DNA of 64,000 bases from Actinomycetota bacterium. Its GTDB lineage: Bacteria > Actinomycetota > Actinomycetes > Actinomycetales > Microbacteriaceae. The notes under the pieces are model-generated. The model was not told the origin of the DNA. It saw nothing but the letters and a program-made list of their open reading frames with translations, and did not search any database. Below, in pieces: positions 27,622-38,958 of the stretch. The stretch spans positions 8,184 to 72,183 of the forward strand of contig WLIA01000002.1 of NCBI GenBank assembly GCA_009702455.1. Direction: 5' to 3'. The translations under genes and the position numbers were made by a program. Position 1 is the first letter of the stretch. Each line of letters opens with the position of its first letter.

Positions 27622-29036
27622 TAGCCAACCGCCCCTTCCATCTGCATCTGAATTAGTTTGTTCAACTCGAGGGCATATTCCATCGGAAGTTCTTTTGCGA
27701 TCGGCTCAATGAATCCGCGAACAATCATCGCCATCGCTTCGTCTTCAGGCAGACCGCGCGACTGCAGATAGAACAGCTGCTCGTCGCTGATTCTCGAAAC
27801 AGTGGCCTCGTGACCCATGCTCACGTCGTCTTCTCTAACATCGACCGACGGATAGGTGTCGCTGCGCGAGATCGTGTCGACAAGAAGAGCATCGCAACGC
27901 ACGGTGTTAGCGCTGTGGTGTGCACCAGCTGCAACTTTGATCTCGCCGCGATATGAGGTGCGACCGCCCCCGCGGGCAATCGACTTCGAAATGATTGACG
28001 ACGAAGTGTGAGGTGCGAGGTGAATCATCTTCGCGCCAGCATCCTGGTGCTGACCTTCGCCGGCAAAAGCAACCGAGAGAGTCTCGCCTCTGGCGTATTC
28101 CCCGGCAAGGATGATCGAAGGGTACTTCATGGTCACCTTCGAGCCGATGTTTCCGTCAACCCACTCCATGGTCGCACCCTCGTGCGCGATTGCACGCTTG
28201 GTAACCAGGTTGTAAACGTTGGTCGACCAGTTCTGAATTGTCGTGTAGCGAACTCGTGCGTTCTTCTTCACGATGATTTCAACGACTGCAGAGTGCAGCG
28301 AGTCGCTGTTATAAATAGGTGCGGTGCAACCCTCGATGTAGTGAACGTAAGAGCCTTCATCGGCAATGATCAGGGTGCGCTCGAACTGGCCCATGTTCTC
28401 GGTGTTGATGCGAAAGTATGCCTGAAGAGGAATCTCCACGTGAACGCCCTTTGGAACGTAGACGAAGCTTCCGCCAGACCAGACAGCTGTGTTTAGCGCG
28501 GCAAATTTGTTATCTCCGGCAGGAATTACGGTTCCGAAGTACTCTTCGAAAAGCTCGGGGTGATCCTTTAGTGCCGTGTCGGTATCCAAGAAAATGACAC
28601 CCTGCTTTTCGAGCTCTTCGTTGATCTGGTGGTAGACCACCTCAGACTCGTACTGAGCCGCAACTCCAGAGACTAGGCGTGAGCGCTCGGCCTCAGGAAT
28701 GCCGAGTTTTTCGTAGGTGTTGCGAATATCTTCAGGCAGGTCTTCCCAGCTCTGTGCCTGCTTCTCGGTTGAGCGCACGAAGTACTTGATGTTGTCGAAG
28801 TCGATTCCGCTGAGGTCACTGCCCCACGCCGGCATAGGCTTGCGTTCAAAGAAGTTGTAACCCTTTAGGCGGGTTTCGAGCATCCAGTCTGGTTCGCTCT
28901 TCTTGCCCGAGATGTCTCGAACGACGTCTTCGCTGATGCCTCGTTTAGCGCTTGTGCCAGCCGCATCGCTGTCAGACCAGCCAAATTCATAGGTGCCTAG
29001 TGAATCGAGTTCTGAACGGTCAACGATGTCGGTCAT
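27621..29036 (-). CDS. sufB: Fe-S cluster assembly protein SufB
   Basis: [45 protein letters not shown]. Confidence 0.97.
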   Translation of the reverse strand: MTDIVDRSELDSLGTYEFGWSDSDAAGTSAKRGISEDVVRDISGKKSEPDWMLETRLKGYNFFERKPMPAWGSDLSGIDFDNIKYFVRSTEKQAQSWEDLPEDIRNTYEKLGIPEAERSRLVSGVAAQYESEVVYHQINEELEKQGVIFLDTDTALKDHPELFEEYFGTVIPAGDNKFAALNTAVWSGGSFVYVPKGVHVEIPLQAYFRINTENMGQFERTLIIADEGSYVHYIEGCTAPIYNSDSLHSAVVEIIVKKNARVRYTTIQNWSTNVYNLVTKRAIAHEGATMEWVDGNIGSKVTMKYPSIILAGEYARGETLSVAFAGEGQHQDAGAKMIHLAPHTSSSIISKSIARGGGRTSYRGEIKVAAGAHHSANTVRCDALLVDTISRSDTYPSVDVREDDVSMGHEATVSRISDEQLFYLQSRGLPEDEAMAMIVRGFIEPIAKELPMEYALELNKLIQMQMEGAVG

Positions 29037-29189
29037 GTGGCACTCCTTCTTGGGTTCGAATGATCATTTCGACCCATGTTTTAGAACAACCGATTCTCAG
29101 CGAAATTCCCGACAAGAGCTTAGGTCGGTGATCTGCGGCTTGCCATGCGAAACTAGAGGTGTTCTAGCGCATTGCTGAATCTGGGAACA

Positions 29190-29199
29190 AGTCTAACCT
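29190..29199. promoter_or_regulatory. Back-to-back -10 elements for the suf operon and ctaA
   Basis: AGTCTAACCT contains TAGACT on the minus strand and TAACCT on the plus strand, sharing the TA. Confidence 0.55.
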
Positions 29200-29239
29200 T
29201 TGCGCTGTTTATCTGACTAGACCCCAAGAGAGGCGCCTG

Positions 29240-30112
29240 TTGTTTTCACCAGCCCGAATCAAGCTCTACGTTTGGCTTTCATTAGCTAGCCAGATACTCA
29301 TCGTCGTGACCGGCGGTGCCGTTCGGCTTACCGCTTCGGGCTTGGGCTGCCCCACCTGGCCGAAATGCACGGATGATTCGTTCACAAACGTTCCCGAGCA
29401 GGGCATCCACGGGTTTATCGAGTTTGCCAACCGACTTTTGACTTTTCTGCTGATCATCATCGCGCTGCTCACCTTCATCGCAATCATGCGAAGCGGCAAG
29501 TCAAAGCGTCGCGGCATGGTTTGGCCGTCGTTCAGTCTTGGGCTTGGAATCATCGCGCAGGCTGTCATTGGTGGCATCAGCGTTCTCACCAACCTGAACC
29601 CGTGGGTTGTCGGCCTGCACTTTATTGTCAGCACCATTCTTATTGCCATCGCTTCGATTTTGGTTTGGCGTTTCTATAAGCCAGAGCACCAAGCGATTCC
29701 TTACTCGGTTTATTTACTTACCCCATGGATTGCGATTAGCGGATTCACGTCGCTAGTCATCGGAGTCGTGGTAACCGGTGCCGGACCACACGCCGGCGAC
29801 GCTAACTCGCCGAGAAATGGTCTCGATCTCGAGATAATTCAGCACCTGCACAGTTATCCGGGTTACGTGACTATCGCACTGACGCTCGCGGCACTCTTGC
29901 TATTGGAGCGGGTAAACAAAGACGGCGCTGTTAGGCGCGCGACCAGAATTACTCTCGGTCTGTTCGTCGCGTTGGCGTTGCAGGCAATCATCGGAGTGAT
30001 TCAGGCGAATACCGGTGTGCCCGCTATCTTGGTCGGCTTGCACATGCTCGGTGCTTCTCTGATTTCTAGCCTGATTACTTTTCAGTGGCTTGCCGTTCGA
30101 GCGAGAAGCTAG
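29240..30112 (+). CDS. ctaA: Heme A synthase (COX15/CtaA)
   Basis: GGAVRLTASGLGCPTWPKC, IEFANR, conserved His residues, GAGPHAGD. Confidence 0.93.
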   Translation: MFSPARIKLYVWLSLASQILIVVTGGAVRLTASGLGCPTWPKCTDDSFTNVPEQGIHGFIEFANRLLTFLLIIIALLTFIAIMRSGKSKRRGMVWPSFSLGLGIIAQAVIGGISVLTNLNPWVVGLHFIVSTILIAIASILVWRFYKPEHQAIPYSVYLLTPWIAISGFTSLVIGVVVTGAGPHAGDANSPRNGLDLEIIQHLHSYPGYVTIALTLAALLLLERVNKDGAVRRATRITLGLFVALALQAIIGVIQANTGVPAILVGLHMLGASLISSLITFQWLAVRARS

Positions 30113-30115
30113 CAA

Positions 30116-31498
30116 TTGGCAAGAGTCTTCTGGTTTAGGCGCGATCTTCGCATTCAAGATAACGTCGCCCTGAACGCTGCTGTTCGCGGTGCTAATGAAG
30201 ACACCGATGGTGCAGTTGCGCCCGTTTACGTTGTAGATCTCGAAAAGTTTGAAGCGCTTAGCCCCGGGCGCCAGCACTCGCTTGTTGCCTCGCTAGATTC
30301 TCTCGGCGCTTCGCTCGACCGAAGGCTAACAATTCGACACGTTCGCGGGCTTGCCAATGTCGCACAAGAAATGATTCTGCTCGCCAAGGCCGCGAAGGCC
30401 GAGCGGGTTCACGCCACAAGAGCTTTCGACCCAGACGGCATTGCCGAGCAGAACGCTGTCGGCATTGCTCTTGCAGAGGCTGGAATTTTTCTGCAGCTCG
30501 ACGACAGCAACTACGCGGTTGCTCCCGGACTTGTGAATAAACCAGACGCGACCGCCTACCGGGTCTACACCCCCTTCTATAAGGCTTGGTCTCCCCTCGC
30601 CGCCAACGCTCCGGTAAAACTTGAGCCACCAAAGGTGAACTGGCTCGAGCCAGTTGAATGTATGGGTCGCCCGGTTCCCGCGGAGCCAAGCCCATTCAAG
30701 ATTCGCGCCGGTGAGGCGTTCGCCCTTAGAACGTTTGAGCGCTTTTTGCTCAGAGCAGTCAAGACATATGATGAGGATCGAAACCGACCAGACATGAGCG
30801 GCACCTCGCACCTATCGCATGCACTTGCCCACGGAGAAATTCATCCGCGCACTATTCTTGCGAGACTCGGCGATAGCCCAGGCGAAATAGTTTTCGCAAA
30901 AGAAATTTGCTGGCGAGAGTTCTATGCCGACGTGTTGTTTAGAAACCCAGACTCGCTAACCGACTACTACGACCCGCGATATGCCCAAATGCGCTACGAC
31001 ACCGGTTCGGTATCCGACGAGCGGCTCAACGCCTGGAAGAGGGGTGAGACTGGTTATCCGATGGTCGATGCCGGCATGCGGCAGTTAATTGCAGATGGCT
31101 GGATGCACAATCGAGTTCGAATGATTGTCGCTTCGTTTCTGGTGAAAGATTTGCACCTCGAGTGGCAGCAGGGTGCCGAGCATTTCGAATATCTGCTTAC
31201 CGACTTTGATCCGGCTTCAAACGCACACGGATGGCAGTGGACCGCAGGTAGCGGTACAGACGCCAGCCCGTATTTCAGAATATTCAATCCGATTACTCAA
31301 GGTCAAAAGTTTGATCCGAATGGTGATTACGTTCGCAAGTACGTTGCTGAGTTGCGTCACATCGATGGAGCTGATGTGCACGAACCTTGGAATCTGCCAA
31401 ACGGATATGAGGGCGGCTACAGCAGGCAAATTGTTGATCACGCCGAAGAGCGAAACGAAGCGCTCGCCCGACTAGCAGAGATTAAGCAGCAGCACTAA
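30116..31498 (+). CDS. phrB: Class I CPD deoxyribodipyrimidine photolyase
   Basis: [64 protein letters not shown]; Trp-triad positions present. Confidence 0.94.
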   Translation: MARVFWFRRDLRIQDNVALNAAVRGANEDTDGAVAPVYVVDLEKFEALSPGRQHSLVASLDSLGASLDRRLTIRHVRGLANVAQEMILLAKAAKAERVHATRAFDPDGIAEQNAVGIALAEAGIFLQLDDSNYAVAPGLVNKPDATAYRVYTPFYKAWSPLAANAPVKLEPPKVNWLEPVECMGRPVPAEPSPFKIRAGEAFALRTFERFLLRAVKTYDEDRNRPDMSGTSHLSHALAHGEIHPRTILARLGDSPGEIVFAKEICWREFYADVLFRNPDSLTDYYDPRYAQMRYDTGSVSDERLNAWKRGETGYPMVDAGMRQLIADGWMHNRVRMIVASFLVKDLHLEWQQGAEHFEYLLTDFDPASNAHGWQWTAGSGTDASPYFRIFNPITQGQKFDPNGDYVRKYVAELRHIDGADVHEPWNLPNGYEGGYSRQIVDHAEERNEALARLAEIKQQH

Positions 31499-32415
31499 AA
31501 GCGAATCAGCGGATCGACAGCAACCGCAATGAACAAAACGGTCAGGTAAGTAATTGAACCGTGAAAGAGCTTCATCGGGTTCTTAACTTCTCCCCTAGAC
31601 CCTTCGCGGTGAAGTCGATAACTCTCGAGCATGAACCAGATGCCGCCGAAAACAGCTACGACCGAATAAGTCCATCCCATTTGACCGAGTGGAATCAACA
31701 AGAAGCTCGAAGCCACCATCGCCCACGAGTAGAGAACGATTTGAATGGCAACTGTTTTTGAGTTGCGCACAACCGGAAGCATCGGAACACCGGCAGCGGC
31801 GTAGTCGTCTTTGTAACGCATGGAGAGCGGCCAATAGTGCGGCGGCGTCCAGAGAAAGATGATCAGAAACAAAACCCAGGCCGCCGGCGAGAGGTCGTTG
31901 GTTACCGCTGCCCAACCGATTAATACGGGCATGGCTCCGGCGGCTCCGCCCCAGACAATGTTCTGCGGGGTGCGTCGCTTGAGCAACATCGTGTAAATCA
32001 GCACGTAGAACAGGATTGCCGCAAGAGATAAAGCTGCAGCCAACCAGTTGACTAGCAAGCCGAGCCAAAGCACTGAACCGGCACCGATTGCGTAGGCAAA
32101 AATCAATGCCTCGGTTTTGCTCAGAGCGCCGGTCACCAATGGTCGCTTGCTGGTGCGATCCATGACCTTGTCGATGTCGGCGTCTATGTAGCAGTTGAAT
32201 GCGTTGGCCGACCCAGCGCTCATTGCTCCGCCAACGAGGGTTGCTAGCACAAGCCAGATGTCTGGAAGGCCTCGCTGGGCCAAAATCATGGTCGGAACGG
32301 TAGTTATTAGAAGAAGTTCGATAACCCTGGGCTTAGTGAGTGCCAGATAGGCTCTCGCCTTGCCAAAAATCGTTGTTTTTTGTGGCTTTTGCATGGTTTC
32401 AGGTGAAGAGGTCAT
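31495..32415 (-). CDS. ctaB: Heme O synthase (protoheme IX farnesyltransferase)
   Basis: [45 protein letters not shown]; start probably ATG 32415. Confidence 0.95.
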   Translation of the reverse strand: MTSSPETMQKPQKTTIFGKARAYLALTKPRVIELLLITTVPTMILAQRGLPDIWLVLATLVGGAMSAGSANAFNCYIDADIDKVMDRTSKRPLVTGALSKTEALIFAYAIGAGSVLWLGLLVNWLAAALSLAAILFYVLIYTMLLKRRTPQNIVWGGAAGAMPVLIGWAAVTNDLSPAAWVLFLIIFLWTPPHYWPLSMRYKDDYAAAGVPMLPVVRNSKTVAIQIVLYSWAMVASSFLLIPLGQMGWTYSVVAVFGGIWFMLESYRLHREGSRGEVKNPMKLFHGSITYLTVLFIAVAVDPLIRF

Positions 32416-32565
32416 CTCAATCAAGTCTAAGCGAATTGCCGCACTGGCTATTCCTGCGCACTCTCAGGTGGCAATTAGACTACTGAGGTAATGAATTCGA
32501 GGCCGTTTGCCTCTCATTTTTGGCAACGACGCCTGAATCTTATTTTCACGATAGAAGGAGCTGTC

Positions 32566-34662
32566 TTGTCAGCATTCCAATGGACAGAACTCGACTCAAA
32601 GGCAGTTGACACCGCACGTGTGCTTGCCGGCGACGCGGTAGAAAAGGTCGGCAACGGTCATCCGGGAACCGCAATTTCTCTGGCACCTGTCGCCTACCTT
32701 TTGTTCAACAAGGTGATGCGCCACGATCCGAGTGACGAAAAGTGGCTCGGCCGAGACCGCTTCATTTTGTCTGTCGGACACAGCTCGCTTACTCTCTACA
32801 ACCAGCTCTACCTGCACGGATACGGCCTAGAGCTAGACGATCTCAAGGCTCTGCGCACCTGGGGCTCTTTGACTCCGGGTCACCCAGAGTTTGGTCACAC
32901 CAAGGGTGTCGAAATCACAACCGGCCCACTGGGTCAGGGCTTAGCGTCTGCCACCGGCTTTGCCTACGCCGCTCGCTTCGAGCGCGGGCTATTCGACCCG
33001 AACGCTAAGACTGGTGAGTCGCCATTTGACCACTTCGTTTATGTGATTGCCGGCGATGGCGACATGCAGGAGGGCGTTACCGCCGAAGCGGCTTCGCTAG
33101 CCGGTCACCAGAAACTCGGAAATCTCGTTGTCATCTATGACTCAAATCAAATCTCGATCGAAGACGACACCGACATTTCTTTCACCGAATCTGTAAGCGA
33201 CCGCTACCAGTCATACGGTTGGCACACCCAGACTGTCGACTGGAAGAAAACCGGAAACTACGTTGAAGATCTAGAAGAACTTCACACCGCAATTGAAAAG
33301 GCAAAGGCAGAGACAGAAAAGCCTTCGCTGATTATCTTGCGCACCATAATTGGTTGGCCATCACCAAAGAAACAGGACAGCGGAAAGATTCACGGCTCTG
33401 CTCTAGGTGCAGAAGAACTCGCCGGATTGAAGGCTGTCTTGGGTTTTGACCCAGAAAAAACCTTTGACGTTGCACCAGAGGTAATTGCTCACACCCGCGG
33501 TTACCAGAGTCACGCCAATGTAGTTCGCGCCAACTGGCAGAAGTCATTCGACACTTGGGCAAGTGCCAACGCGGATGCGAAAAAGTTGCTCGACCGAGTT
33601 ATCTCTGGCGCTGCGCCAACTGCTATCGAAGCAGCCCTGCCTAAGTTTGAAGCGGGCACCGAGGTGTCTACCCGTGCCGCTTCTGGAAAAGTCATCAACG
33701 CCATTGCTGCTGTAATGCCAGAGCTTTGGGGCGGTTCTGCCGACCTTGCGGAGTCGAACCTAACCACGATTAACGGTGCAAAGTCATTCGTGCCGGCTGA
33801 GTGGTCAACTCACGAGTGGAGCGGTGACATCTATGGTCGCGTTCTTCACTTCGGCATCAGGGAGCACGCCATGGCGGCGATTCTCAATGGAATCGCGCTG
33901 CACGGAAACACTCGTGCCTTCGGTGGAACTTTCTTGATCTTCAGCGACTACATGCGCCCAGCGGTTCGACTAGCCGCGCTCATGAAGACTCCGAGCATTT
34001 TTGTCTGGACTCACGACTCTGTTGCGCTCGGCGAAGACGGTCCGACGCACCAGCCAATCGAACAGTTGGCTACCCTGCGCGCTATTCCACAGCTCGACAT
34101 TGTCAGACCCGGTGATGCCAACGAGACCGCGTATGCCTGGAAGACCATGCTCGAGCGACGCGAAGGTCCGGCTGGAATCGCTCTAACTCGCCAGAACATT
34201 CCGGTGTTCGCACGCGGTGTTGCCGATGCAACAGGTGCTGTTTTTGCCGGTGCTGAAAACACCGCGAAGGGCGCATACACGCTCGTCGATGCAGCCAATG
34301 GCACACCAGAGTTGATCTTGATCGCCACCGGCTCAGAACTTCAACTTGCTGTTGCCGCACGCGAAAAGCTCGAAGCCGAAGGCATCGCAACCCGTGTGGT
34401 TTCGGCTCCATGTCTCGAGTGGTTCGACGAACAGTCGGCGGCTTATCGCGAGAGCGTGTTGCCAAAGTCGGTTCAGGCTCGAGTCTCGGTCGAGGCCGGT
34501 TTGAGTCTCGGTTGGAGCAAATACGTCGGCCCGTTCGGCCTATCGGTGTCAATTGAACACTTCGGTGCATCTGCCGACTACAAGACGTTGTTCAAAGAAT
34601 TCGGCATGACAGCAGACGCAGTCGTAGCCAAAGCGCACGAATCAATTTCAGCTGCAAAATAA
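32566..34662 (+). CDS. tkt: Transketolase
   Basis: [46 protein letters not shown]; TTG 32566 after GAAGGAG. Confidence 0.97.
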   Translation: MSAFQWTELDSKAVDTARVLAGDAVEKVGNGHPGTAISLAPVAYLLFNKVMRHDPSDEKWLGRDRFILSVGHSSLTLYNQLYLHGYGLELDDLKALRTWGSLTPGHPEFGHTKGVEITTGPLGQGLASATGFAYAARFERGLFDPNAKTGESPFDHFVYVIAGDGDMQEGVTAEAASLAGHQKLGNLVVIYDSNQISIEDDTDISFTESVSDRYQSYGWHTQTVDWKKTGNYVEDLEELHTAIEKAKAETEKPSLIILRTIIGWPSPKKQDSGKIHGSALGAEELAGLKAVLGFDPEKTFDVAPEVIAHTRGYQSHANVVRANWQKSFDTWASANADAKKLLDRVISGAAPTAIEAALPKFEAGTEVSTRAASGKVINAIAAVMPELWGGSADLAESNLTTINGAKSFVPAEWSTHEWSGDIYGRVLHFGIREHAMAAILNGIALHGNTRAFGGTFLIFSDYMRPAVRLAALMKTPSIFVWTHDSVALGEDGPTHQPIEQLATLRAIPQLDIVRPGDANETAYAWKTMLERREGPAGIALTRQNIPVFARGVADATGAVFAGAENTAKGAYTLVDAANGTPELILIATGSELQLAVAAREKLEAEGIATRVVSAPCLEWFDEQSAAYRESVLPKSVQARVSVEAGLSLGWSKYVGPFGLSVSIEHFGASADYKTLFKEFGMTADAVVAKAHESISAAK

Positions 34663-34687
34663 GTAACCCCAGAAAGCAAGGTTTCAA

Positions 34688-35794
34688 ATGAACAGTCCCC
34701 TGGCTCAACTCGCTGCAAACGGCGTGAGCATTTGGCTCGACGATCTGTCGCGAACACGAATTCGCAGCGGTCAACTCGCCGAACTTATCGGCACGCGTTC
34801 GGTTAGTGGCGTGACAACTAACCCGACGATTTTCGCCGGTGCTTTATCTAAGGGCGAAGGCTATGGCGAGCAGGTTGCAAGTTTGGCCGCCGTCGGTGCA
34901 GATGCCGCCAAGGCAGTGTTCGAGATAACCACCCAGGATGTTGCCGAGGCTTGCGATGTGTTCGCAGCCGTTTACAGCGACACCAATGGTTTTGATGGTC
35001 GCGTGTCGATCGAGGTTGAACCCGACCTTGCCAACGACACAGCGGGCACGGTTGCGCAGGCAAAGCAGCTTTTTGCAAAGGTCAATCGCGAGAACGTAAT
35101 GATCAAGATTCCGGCTACTAAGGCTGGCCTTGCAGCTATAACCGAGGTTATTGCAGCGGGCATCAGCGTCAACGTGACGCTTATCTTCTCTCTGCAGCGC
35201 TACCGCGAAGTTATTGCGGCCTATATTGCCGGAATCGCGCAGGCCAAGGCGAACGGTCATGACGTTTCGAAGATTCACTCGGTTGCCTCGTTCTTTGTCT
35301 CACGCGTTGATCTAGAAATCAATAAGCGTCTCGAAGCAGTTGGCACAGCAGATGCCAGATCGCTCATGAGCAAGGCTGCCTTGGCTAACGCGAGACTCGC
35401 CTACCAGGTGTTCGAGCAAGAGTTCGCAAAGGCCGAGTGGGCAGAACTCGCGCAAGCTGGAGCAAACGTGCAGCGACCGCTGATGGCCTCTACGGGTGTC
35501 AAAGATCCGGCACTGCTAGACACCCTCTATGTAACCGAGCTTGTCGCCAAGCAGTTGGTCAACACCATGCCAGAAAAGACAATGGAAGCCGTATTCGATC
35601 ACGGTGTGGTTCCAGCCGACTCGATTACTAACCGCTACGAAGAATCAAACATGATTCTTTTGGCGGTTGCTGCGGTTGGCGTCGACTACGACGATGTGAC
35701 AGAACAGCTTGAACGCGAAGGCGTCGACAAGTTCGTGGTCTCTTGGAACGAACTTCTTGACTCAGTGACCTCTGCGCTCGAAGCAACCAAGTAA
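34688..35794 (+). CDS. tal: Transaldolase
   Basis: [41 protein letters not shown]. Confidence 0.97.
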   Translation: MNSPLAQLAANGVSIWLDDLSRTRIRSGQLAELIGTRSVSGVTTNPTIFAGALSKGEGYGEQVASLAAVGADAAKAVFEITTQDVAEACDVFAAVYSDTNGFDGRVSIEVEPDLANDTAGTVAQAKQLFAKVNRENVMIKIPATKAGLAAITEVIAAGISVNVTLIFSLQRYREVIAAYIAGIAQAKANGHDVSKIHSVASFFVSRVDLEINKRLEAVGTADARSLMSKAALANARLAYQVFEQEFAKAEWAELAQAGANVQRPLMASTGVKDPALLDTLYVTELVAKQLVNTMPEKTMEAVFDHGVVPADSITNRYEESNMILLAVAAVGVDYDDVTEQLEREGVDKFVVSWNELLDSVTSALEATK

Positions 35795-35801
35795 GGAACC
35801 A

Positions 35802-37406
35802 ATGTCTTCTTTGAAAGTTGTAGTTGGCGGTTCTGCCGCGGCTGCCGTTGCGAGCAACATCTCGACGCTTGTGGCAGACAAGGTAGCAAGTCGAATCGCC
35901 GCTAAGGATTTCACACTCTGGGGCAAAGAAGCAGAGGCTGAGTCTTCAATTCGACTCGGATGGGTTAATTCGGCAAATGAATCGCAACCGTTGGTTGGCG
36001 AGATTCTCGCTCTTCGCGAGTATTTTCTAGCCAAAGGTGTAAATCGCTTCGTGCTCTGCGGAATGGGTGGTTCGTCGCTAGCCCCTGAGGTAATCACTCG
36101 CACGGCAAACGTCGAGCTCGTAGTTCTAGATTCGACCAACGCCGACCAGGTTGGCAGTGCTCTGGCCGGTGACCTCTCGAAGACCGCTGTCATCGTCTCG
36201 TCAAAATCTGGTTCGACTGTCGAAACAGATTCTCAGAAGCGAGTCTTTGAAAAAGCCTTCACAGATGCCGGTATCGACAAGACCGATCGCATCGTCGTTG
36301 TAACAGACCCCGGTTCGCCAATGGAGGCCGCGGCTAAGGCAGACGGCTACAGGGTATTCAACGCAGATGCCACCGTTGGCGGTCGTTACAGTGCACTCAC
36401 CGCTTTCGGGCTTGTTCCATCAGGTTTGGCTGGCGCAGACATCCAAGCATTGCTCGATTCGGCAAATTCGGTGGCTGCTTTGTTGGCCGAAGACAGCGAG
36501 AGCAATCCGGCATTGGTTCTCGGCGCTGCACTGGGCGCGACGCCTGGCGAATATGGAATTCGCGACAAAATCGGAATCGTCGCTGACGGCACTGAAATCG
36601 TCGGTTTCGGCGATTGGGCCGAGCAGCTAATTGCCGAATCAACGGGCAAACTCTCTAAGGGCGTTCTGCCGGTTGTTCTAACTCCACAGAGCGCTGAACT
36701 AAGCAGCGGCCTGGCAGATTTTCTCGCCGTTCGCGTTGTTGCAGAAGCAACTGCGGCTCGAGGAGACGAAGTCGTCGTGTCAGGTGAACTCGGCGCGCAG
36801 TTCATGCTTTGGGAGTATGCAACCGTAATCGCTAGCCGCCTAATTGGAATCAACCCCTTCGATCAGCCAGATGTCGAGTCTGCGAAAATTGCTGCCCGCG
36901 CCATGCTCGAACAACGCGACGAAATCGTTGCGCCGCTTTTCAAAGACGACGGCATTGAAGTGCGTGCAAGCGGGCTAAGCCTCAACTCTGTTGAATCTGT
37001 CGAGGGTGCACTCATGGCGCTGCTGAAGCAGATTGACAGCGACGACGGCTACCTTTCTATTCACGCCTACCTAGATCGCACGTCGGTCGCAGAGGCCACG
37101 ACTCTGCGTGAACTCGTCGCTGCCAAAACGCGCAGACCCGCTACCTTCGGTTGGGCTCCACGTTTCTTGCACTCGACTGGTCAGTATCACAAGGGCGGGC
37201 CGGCGCAGGGAGTTTTCTTGCAGATCGTTTCTGCCGCAAAGCAAGATATTGCGGTTCCCGGCAGAGACTTCACCTTTGGTGAACTGATTGCATCGCAGGC
37301 AGCCGGAGACGCAAAGGTATTGGCAGATCAGGGTCGCCCGGTCTTAACCCTTACTCTTGACGATGCCAAATCTGGCGTTGCCGCAATTTCGAGAATTTTC
37401 GGCTAG
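35802..37406 (+). CDS. pgi: Glucose-6-phosphate isomerase
   Basis: GMGGSSL, SSKSGSTVET, GGRYSAL, EQLIAESTGK, NPFDQPDVESAK. Confidence 0.93.
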   Translation: MSSLKVVVGGSAAAAVASNISTLVADKVASRIAAKDFTLWGKEAEAESSIRLGWVNSANESQPLVGEILALREYFLAKGVNRFVLCGMGGSSLAPEVITRTANVELVVLDSTNADQVGSALAGDLSKTAVIVSSKSGSTVETDSQKRVFEKAFTDAGIDKTDRIVVVTDPGSPMEAAAKADGYRVFNADATVGGRYSALTAFGLVPSGLAGADIQALLDSANSVAALLAEDSESNPALVLGAALGATPGEYGIRDKIGIVADGTEIVGFGDWAEQLIAESTGKLSKGVLPVVLTPQSAELSSGLADFLAVRVVAEATAARGDEVVVSGELGAQFMLWEYATVIASRLIGINPFDQPDVESAKIAARAMLEQRDEIVAPLFKDDGIEVRASGLSLNSVESVEGALMALLKQIDSDDGYLSIHAYLDRTSVAEATTLRELVAAKTRRPATFGWAPRFLHSTGQYHKGGPAQGVFLQIVSAAKQDIAVPGRDFTFGELIASQAAGDAKVLADQGRPVLTLTLDDAKSGVAAISRIFG

Positions 37407-37416
37407 AAAGTATCTG

Positions 37417-38958
37417 ATGAGTCCAGTAAAACTTGGAGCGGGCAATAACCCGCTGAGAGATCCAGACGATAGGCGCTTAAACCGCATCGCTGGCCCGAGC
37501 AGCCTAATCATCTTTGGAGTGACGGGCGATCTTTCTCGCAAGAAACTAATGCCGGCCGTCTACGACCTAGCCAACCGCGGTCTGTTGCCACCTGGATTCG
37601 CCCTCGTCGGATTTGCTCGGCGCGATTGGGAAAACCAAGACTTCGGTCAGGTTGTTAAAGAAGCGGTTCAGCAATATGCGCGAACTCCCTGGAACGAAGA
37701 AGTCTGGAACCAGTTGGCAAGCGGAATTCGTTTCGTTTCTGGTGAGTTCACCGATGATTCTGCTTTTGACCGTTTGAAGCAGACCATCGAAGAGCTGGAT
37801 GCTCAGCGCGGCACCAACGGCAATCACGCGTTCTACCTGTCGATTCCGCCTAAGGCTTTCGAAGTCGTTTGTCAGCAGCTGTCACGAAGTGGCCTCGCGC
37901 AGGCTAAGCCGGATGAGTTTCGCCGAGTTGTAATCGAGAAGCCGTTCGGTCACGACCTAGCCTCGGCGAGAGAGCTCAATGCGGTTGTCGAATCCGTGTT
38001 TCCGGCAGACTCTGTTTTTAGAATCGACCACTACCTCGGCAAAGAGACGGTGCAAAACATTCTCGCTTTGCGTTTTGCAAATCAGCTGTTCGAACCCCTG
38101 TGGAACGCCAACTACATTGACCACGTTCAAATCACGATGGCCGAAGATATCGGAGTTGGTGGCAGGGCCGGTTACTACGACGGCATAGGAGCCGCGCGCG
38201 ACGTGATTCAAAACCACCTTTTGCAACTTCTCGCGCTAACCGCCATGGAAGAACCGGTTTCGTTCGACGCGGCCGATCTCCGCGCTGAGAAAGAGAAGGT
38301 TTTGTCTGCGGTCAACCTGCCAGAAGATTTAGGTCTGCACACCGCGCGCGGGCAATATGCAAGCGGCTGGCAGGGTGGCGAGCAGGTTACCGGTTTCTTG
38401 GCAGAAGAGGGAATGAACCCCAAGTCGGTCACAGAAACCTATGCTGCAATGCGTCTCGATATCAACACTCGCAGATGGGCCGGCGTGCCGTTCTACCTGC
38501 GAGCCGGCAAACGTCTCGGCAGACGCGTCACCGAGATTGCGGTGGTCTTCAAACGCGCACCCCAGCAACTCTTCGCGCAGTCGCAGACCTCGGCACTGGG
38601 TCAGAACGCTCTCGTGATTCGCGTGCAGCCCGACGAGGGCATCACGATTCGTTTCGGTTCGAAGGTGCCTGGCGTTGGTATGCAGGTTCGAGATGTGACC
38701 ATGGATTTCGGTTACGGACACGCCTTCACCGAAGCCAGCCCCGAGGCTTACGAGCGCTTGATTCTCGATGTTCTACTTGGCGATCCCCCGTTGTTTCCCC
38801 GTCACGAAGAGGTTGAACTTTCGTGGAAGATTCTTGACCCGATCGAAGAGTTTTGGGCCAAAAAGGGCAAACCCGAGCAGTACCTGCCAGGAACCTGGGG
38901 GCCAGCATCTGCAGACGCGATGCTGAAACGTGATGGCCGAGCTTGGAGAATTCCGTGA
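37417..38958 (+). CDS. zwf: Glucose-6-phosphate dehydrogenase
   Basis: GVTGDL, EKPFG, RIDHYLGKE, RDVIQNHL; ATG 37417. Confidence 0.97.
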   Translation: MSPVKLGAGNNPLRDPDDRRLNRIAGPSSLIIFGVTGDLSRKKLMPAVYDLANRGLLPPGFALVGFARRDWENQDFGQVVKEAVQQYARTPWNEEVWNQLASGIRFVSGEFTDDSAFDRLKQTIEELDAQRGTNGNHAFYLSIPPKAFEVVCQQLSRSGLAQAKPDEFRRVVIEKPFGHDLASARELNAVVESVFPADSVFRIDHYLGKETVQNILALRFANQLFEPLWNANYIDHVQITMAEDIGVGGRAGYYDGIGAARDVIQNHLLQLLALTAMEEPVSFDAADLRAEKEKVLSAVNLPEDLGLHTARGQYASGWQGGEQVTGFLAEEGMNPKSVTETYAAMRLDINTRRWAGVPFYLRAGKRLGRRVTEIAVVFKRAPQQLFAQSQTSALGQNALVIRVQPDEGITIRFGSKVPGVGMQVRDVTMDFGYGHAFTEASPEAYERLILDVLLGDPPLFPRHEEVELSWKILDPIEEFWAKKGKPEQYLPGTWGPASADAMLKRDGRAWRIP

